In this document: piece after piece, positions 60,471 through 64,000 of the stretch
Position numbering within the stretch: position 1 is the first letter of the stretch
How the letters are laid out: the number at the start of each line of letters is the position of its first letter
From: Pontiella sp.
GTDB taxonomy: Bacteria > Verrucomicrobiota > Kiritimatiellia > Kiritimatiellales > Pontiellaceae
Direction of reading: 5' to 3'
Length of the DNA: 64,000 nucleotides
Assembly: GCA_050290185.1 (NCBI GenBank)
Contig: JBNKHE010000001.1
Location: 386,713 to 450,712 of the forward strand
The notes under the pieces: generated by a model
Database searches by the model: none
What the model was told of the DNA's origin: nothing
Seen by the model: the letters and a program-made list of their open reading frames with translations, nothing else
Translations under genes and position numbers: made by a program

Positions 60471-62654
60471 ATGATCAAGAAAATCAAACATCTCATCGGA
60501 CTCGACATCAAGGAAGAGGAATACGCTTACGGCCATGATCCGGAGCACGGCTACCTCTCCAAGAGCAAGATTCCCGACCGCTGGGTCAAATCCACCTGCG
60601 GCTACTGCAGCGTCGGCTGCGGTATGCTGCTCGGCGTCAAGGACGGCAAGATCATCTCCGTACGCGGCGACAAGAACCACCCGGTCAACGAAGGAGATCT
60701 TTGCCCCAAGGGACTCAGCGAACACTATCCCGTTTCCAGCCCGGACCGCGCCGTATCCCCGCTGATCAAGCAACCCGACGGATCGTTCAAGGAAGCGAGC
60801 TGGGACGAAGCCTACGACCGCATGGTGAACACGGTTCGCGACGTGCAGGAAAAACACGGTCCCGAAAGCTTTGGAGTGCTCTCCACCGGCCAGCTGCTGA
60901 CCGAGGAATTCTATGCCCTCGGCAAGCTCGTCCAGCTGGGCTTCGGCACCAACAACTATGACGGCAATACCACGCTTTGCATGTCGTCCGCCGTCGTCGG
61001 CTACAAGCAGAGCTTTGGCTCCGACGGACCGCCCGGATCCTACAAGGGCCTCGCCACCGCCGACATCATCTTTCTGACCGGTGCCAACATTGCCGACAAC
61101 CATCCGATCCTCTGGCACCACATCCGCAAGAACAAGGATTTCAAGCTCATCGTCTGCGACCCGCGGAAAAGCAAAACCGCCATGCTCGCCGACCTCTATC
61201 TGCCGCTCAAGCCGCGCCGCGACATCGACCTGCTCAACGGCCTGATCCATCTCGTCATCAAGAACGGCAAGGTGGACCAGGACTACATCGACAAGCACAC
61301 CACCGGATACGAAGAGTTGTGCAAACACGCCGAGCCATTCGACCTCGCCACCACCGTCGAGCGCACCGGCATTTCCGAGGAAAAAATTCTCGAAACCTAC
61401 GAAGCCATCGCCAACGGAAAGAACGTCTTCTTCGGCTGGACCATGGGCATCAACCACAGCACGCAGGGATCCGACACCGTCAGCCTCATCAACACCCTCG
61501 CGCTGATCACCGGAAACATTGGCCGGACCGGTGCCGCGCCCATGAGCATTACCGGCCAGTGCAACGCCATGGGTTCGCGCGAATTCAGCTTTTCCTCCTC
61601 CATGCCCGGCTACCGTAAGTTCGAGAGCGCCGCCGACCGCAAGGAGCTGGCCGAACTGTACAACATCGACGAAAGCCTCTTCCCCACCGAGCGCGGCGGA
61701 AACTATCCGCAGATCATCGACGGCATCCTCGAAGGCAAAATCAAGGCCCTGTGGGTGATCGCCACCAACCCGCTCGTCAGCTTCCCCGACCAGGCGCGCC
61801 TGAAGGAAGCCCTCGCCAAGCTCGAAATCCTGGTCGTGCAGGACGGCTTCCATCCGACGCCCACCACCGAGCTCGCGGACATCGTGCTGCCGGCGGCCAT
61901 CTGGGGCGAAAAGGACGGCATGTATACCAACTCCGAACGACGTGCCTCGCGTGCCAACGCCGCCGTCCCGCCGCCCGGCCTCGCGCGCTCCGATTTCCAG
62001 ATCTGCATGGACCTCGCCGACAAGCTCGGCAAGAAGGAAATGCTCTTCCCCGGCTGGACGCGCTCCGAGGATTCGTTCGAGGAAATCCGGAAAATTTCAA
62101 ACGGTCGCCTGTGCGACTACAGCGGCATGACCGTTGAAAAGATGATGGACAAAGGCGGGCTCCAATGGCCCTGCAACGAAGAAAATCCCGATGGCTCCGA
62201 CAGCCTCTATACCGATGGCGTTTTCAAGCACGAGGACGGCAAGGCCAAGCTGCTTTTCACCACATCCGAGGAACTTCCCGAAGACGTCGACGGCAGCTAC
62301 CGCCTCATCCTCAACACCGGCCGGACCGTCGAGCAATGGCATACCGGAACCAAGACGCGCAACGTCGCGCTCTTGAACAAGCTTTCCCCCGAAGCGTGGG
62401 TGGAAGTAAACCCGAAAACCGCCGCCTATTACGGCATCGGCCCGCACGACCGCGTATCGCTGGTATCGCGCCGCGGCCGCGTCGACGACCTGATGGTGCG
62501 CATCGCCGAAACCATCCATCCCGACCACGTCTTCATGCCGTTCCACTTTGCCGAAAAATGCATCAACAAACTGACCGTTCCGGCCTTCGACCCAAAATCA
62601 GGCGAACCCAACTACAAGCAGTGCGCCGTGATGCTGGAACGCTACGACGGTTGA
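60471..62654 (+). CDS. Second nitrate reductase-type Mo-bisPGD catalytic subunit (no Tat signal)
   Basis: CGYCSVGC..CPKG; NTTLCMSSA; GQCNAMGSR; EKDGMYTNSERR; NTGRTVEQWHT; DPKSGEPNYK. Confidence 0.87.
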   Translation: MIKKIKHLIGLDIKEEEYAYGHDPEHGYLSKSKIPDRWVKSTCGYCSVGCGMLLGVKDGKIISVRGDKNHPVNEGDLCPKGLSEHYPVSSPDRAVSPLIKQPDGSFKEASWDEAYDRMVNTVRDVQEKHGPESFGVLSTGQLLTEEFYALGKLVQLGFGTNNYDGNTTLCMSSAVVGYKQSFGSDGPPGSYKGLATADIIFLTGANIADNHPILWHHIRKNKDFKLIVCDPRKSKTAMLADLYLPLKPRRDIDLLNGLIHLVIKNGKVDQDYIDKHTTGYEELCKHAEPFDLATTVERTGISEEKILETYEAIANGKNVFFGWTMGINHSTQGSDTVSLINTLALITGNIGRTGAAPMSITGQCNAMGSREFSFSSSMPGYRKFESAADRKELAELYNIDESLFPTERGGNYPQIIDGILEGKIKALWVIATNPLVSFPDQARLKEALAKLEILVVQDGFHPTPTTELADIVLPAAIWGEKDGMYTNSERRASRANAAVPPPGLARSDFQICMDLADKLGKKEMLFPGWTRSEDSFEEIRKISNGRLCDYSGMTVEKMMDKGGLQWPCNEENPDGSDSLYTDGVFKHEDGKAKLLFTTSEELPEDVDGSYRLILNTGRTVEQWHTGTKTRNVALLNKLSPEAWVEVNPKTAAYYGIGPHDRVSLVSRRGRVDDLMVRIAETIHPDHVFMPFHFAEKCINKLTVPAFDPKSGEPNYKQCAVMLERYDG

Positions 62655-62685
62655 TAAGGTTTGTGCTAAAACCGCTCTGCGGATT

Positions 62686-62711
62686 GCGTCGGCGTTGCCG
62701 GCGCTTTTTTT
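62686..62711 (+). terminator. Intrinsic terminator
   Basis: GCGTCGGC-GTT-GCCGGCGC-TTTTTTT. Confidence 0.8.
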
Positions 62712-63016
62712 ATTTCGCTGAAGTTCCAGCGGATAGGCAAAGCGGCATCACTAGGACAGCACCTCCCGGGCGCTTTGCGCACCCAGATACAACATTTCTT
62801 TCCCCGGCCTCAGGTATTGGAAATAAATGTCGTACTTTTACACAAGCCGTTGTTTTCAGGACAATTGGATGATCGGTCGATCTTGAGCCATTCGGTATCC
62901 GACAATTATTTCCGAACGAACGCTATCCTTCACTTCTCACGCCTCACCGCCCACCCCTCTCCTTAACACCTAACACTTAACAACTTAACGCCCCACTGCG
63001 CGCCATCGGCGCGCGG

Positions 63017-63032
63017 TGGCACACTCGGTGCA
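63017..63032 (+). promoter_or_regulatory. Sigma54 promoter (nifH)
   Basis: TGGCAC-ACTCG-GTGCA. Confidence 0.8.
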
Positions 63033-63068
63033 ATAGGGGCTGTCACGTTTTGGACGTTAGTGAATTGA

Positions 63069-63923
<855 letters not shown>

Positions 63924-63975
63924 TCAAACCTGTACGGGCGTCCCTGCTTGATGCCCCCACGAAAAGGAGAAAACC

Positions 63976-64000
63976 ATGTCTAAATTACTCGTACGCTCGA
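63976..64000 (+). CDS. 5' fragment of the next gene, probably P-II family NifI1
   Basis: AGGAG RBS then MSKLLVRS...; the position after a cluster III-like nifH and the LLVRS start fit nifI1. Only 8 codons are visible. Confidence 0.45.

Noticed and set aside
58772..61853. 579-aa and 486-aa ORFs on the - strand
   Set aside because: Antisense shadows of the Fe-S/DmsC fusion and the second Mo enzyme.
45122..62654. Calling either Mo enzyme napA or narG
   Set aside because: No Tat signal, no napB/C/D, and both are far too short for NarG.
62820..62910. NifA UAS (TGT-N10-ACA) upstream of nifH
   Set aside because: Only N9/N11 spacings or CGT-N10-ACA near-matches were found, so it is not supported as an exact site.

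Overview
Bacterial chromosomal window of about 55-60% GC by eye, with a visibly AT-richer stretch at ~5-11 kb. Gene content suggests a PVC-group anaerobe, possibly Kiritimatiellota/Verrucomicrobiota; this is inference only. There are four blocks. (1) 1-22.8 kb: a surface-glycosylation locus with a pseudaminic-acid pathway (pseB, C, F, G, I, no recognisable pseH) interrupted by an ATP-grasp ligase, a sulfotransferase and a LysA-like decarboxylase. It also has a GT42/Maf-like transferase, a Wzx-like flippase, a polyprenol-phosphate GT2, GtrA, three GT-C-type membrane proteins (YfhO-like, ArnT-like, DUF2723/TMEM260-like+TPR) and a GT4. (2) 22.8-26.8 kb: a BlaI/BlaR1(M56) pair. (3) 26.8-38.1 kb: housekeeping genes on the minus strand (pgk, ileS, dksA-like, lspA, miaA, hflX, greA-like, rpsO, pnp). 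(4) 38.4-64 kb: a sigma54-controlled nitrogen island. It holds Moco genes (including a MoaE-MoeB-rhodanese fusion), NarK, a PP2C/kinase fusion, two cytoplasmic NAS-type molybdoenzymes, NrtABCD plus a porin, a DUF3365 cytochrome, a globin, a 4Fe-4S/DmsC fusion, nifH and probably nifI1. The best candidate for an undescribed system lies in this island. No siroheme nitrite reductase is present in the window. Where NirBD would be expected there is instead an NAD(P)H-flavin/[2Fe-2S]/di-heme-b membrane fusion followed by an exported 11-heme cytochrome c, a plausible trans-membrane electron conduit for nitrite reduction. All functional calls come from motif recognition by eye; no database searches were run.
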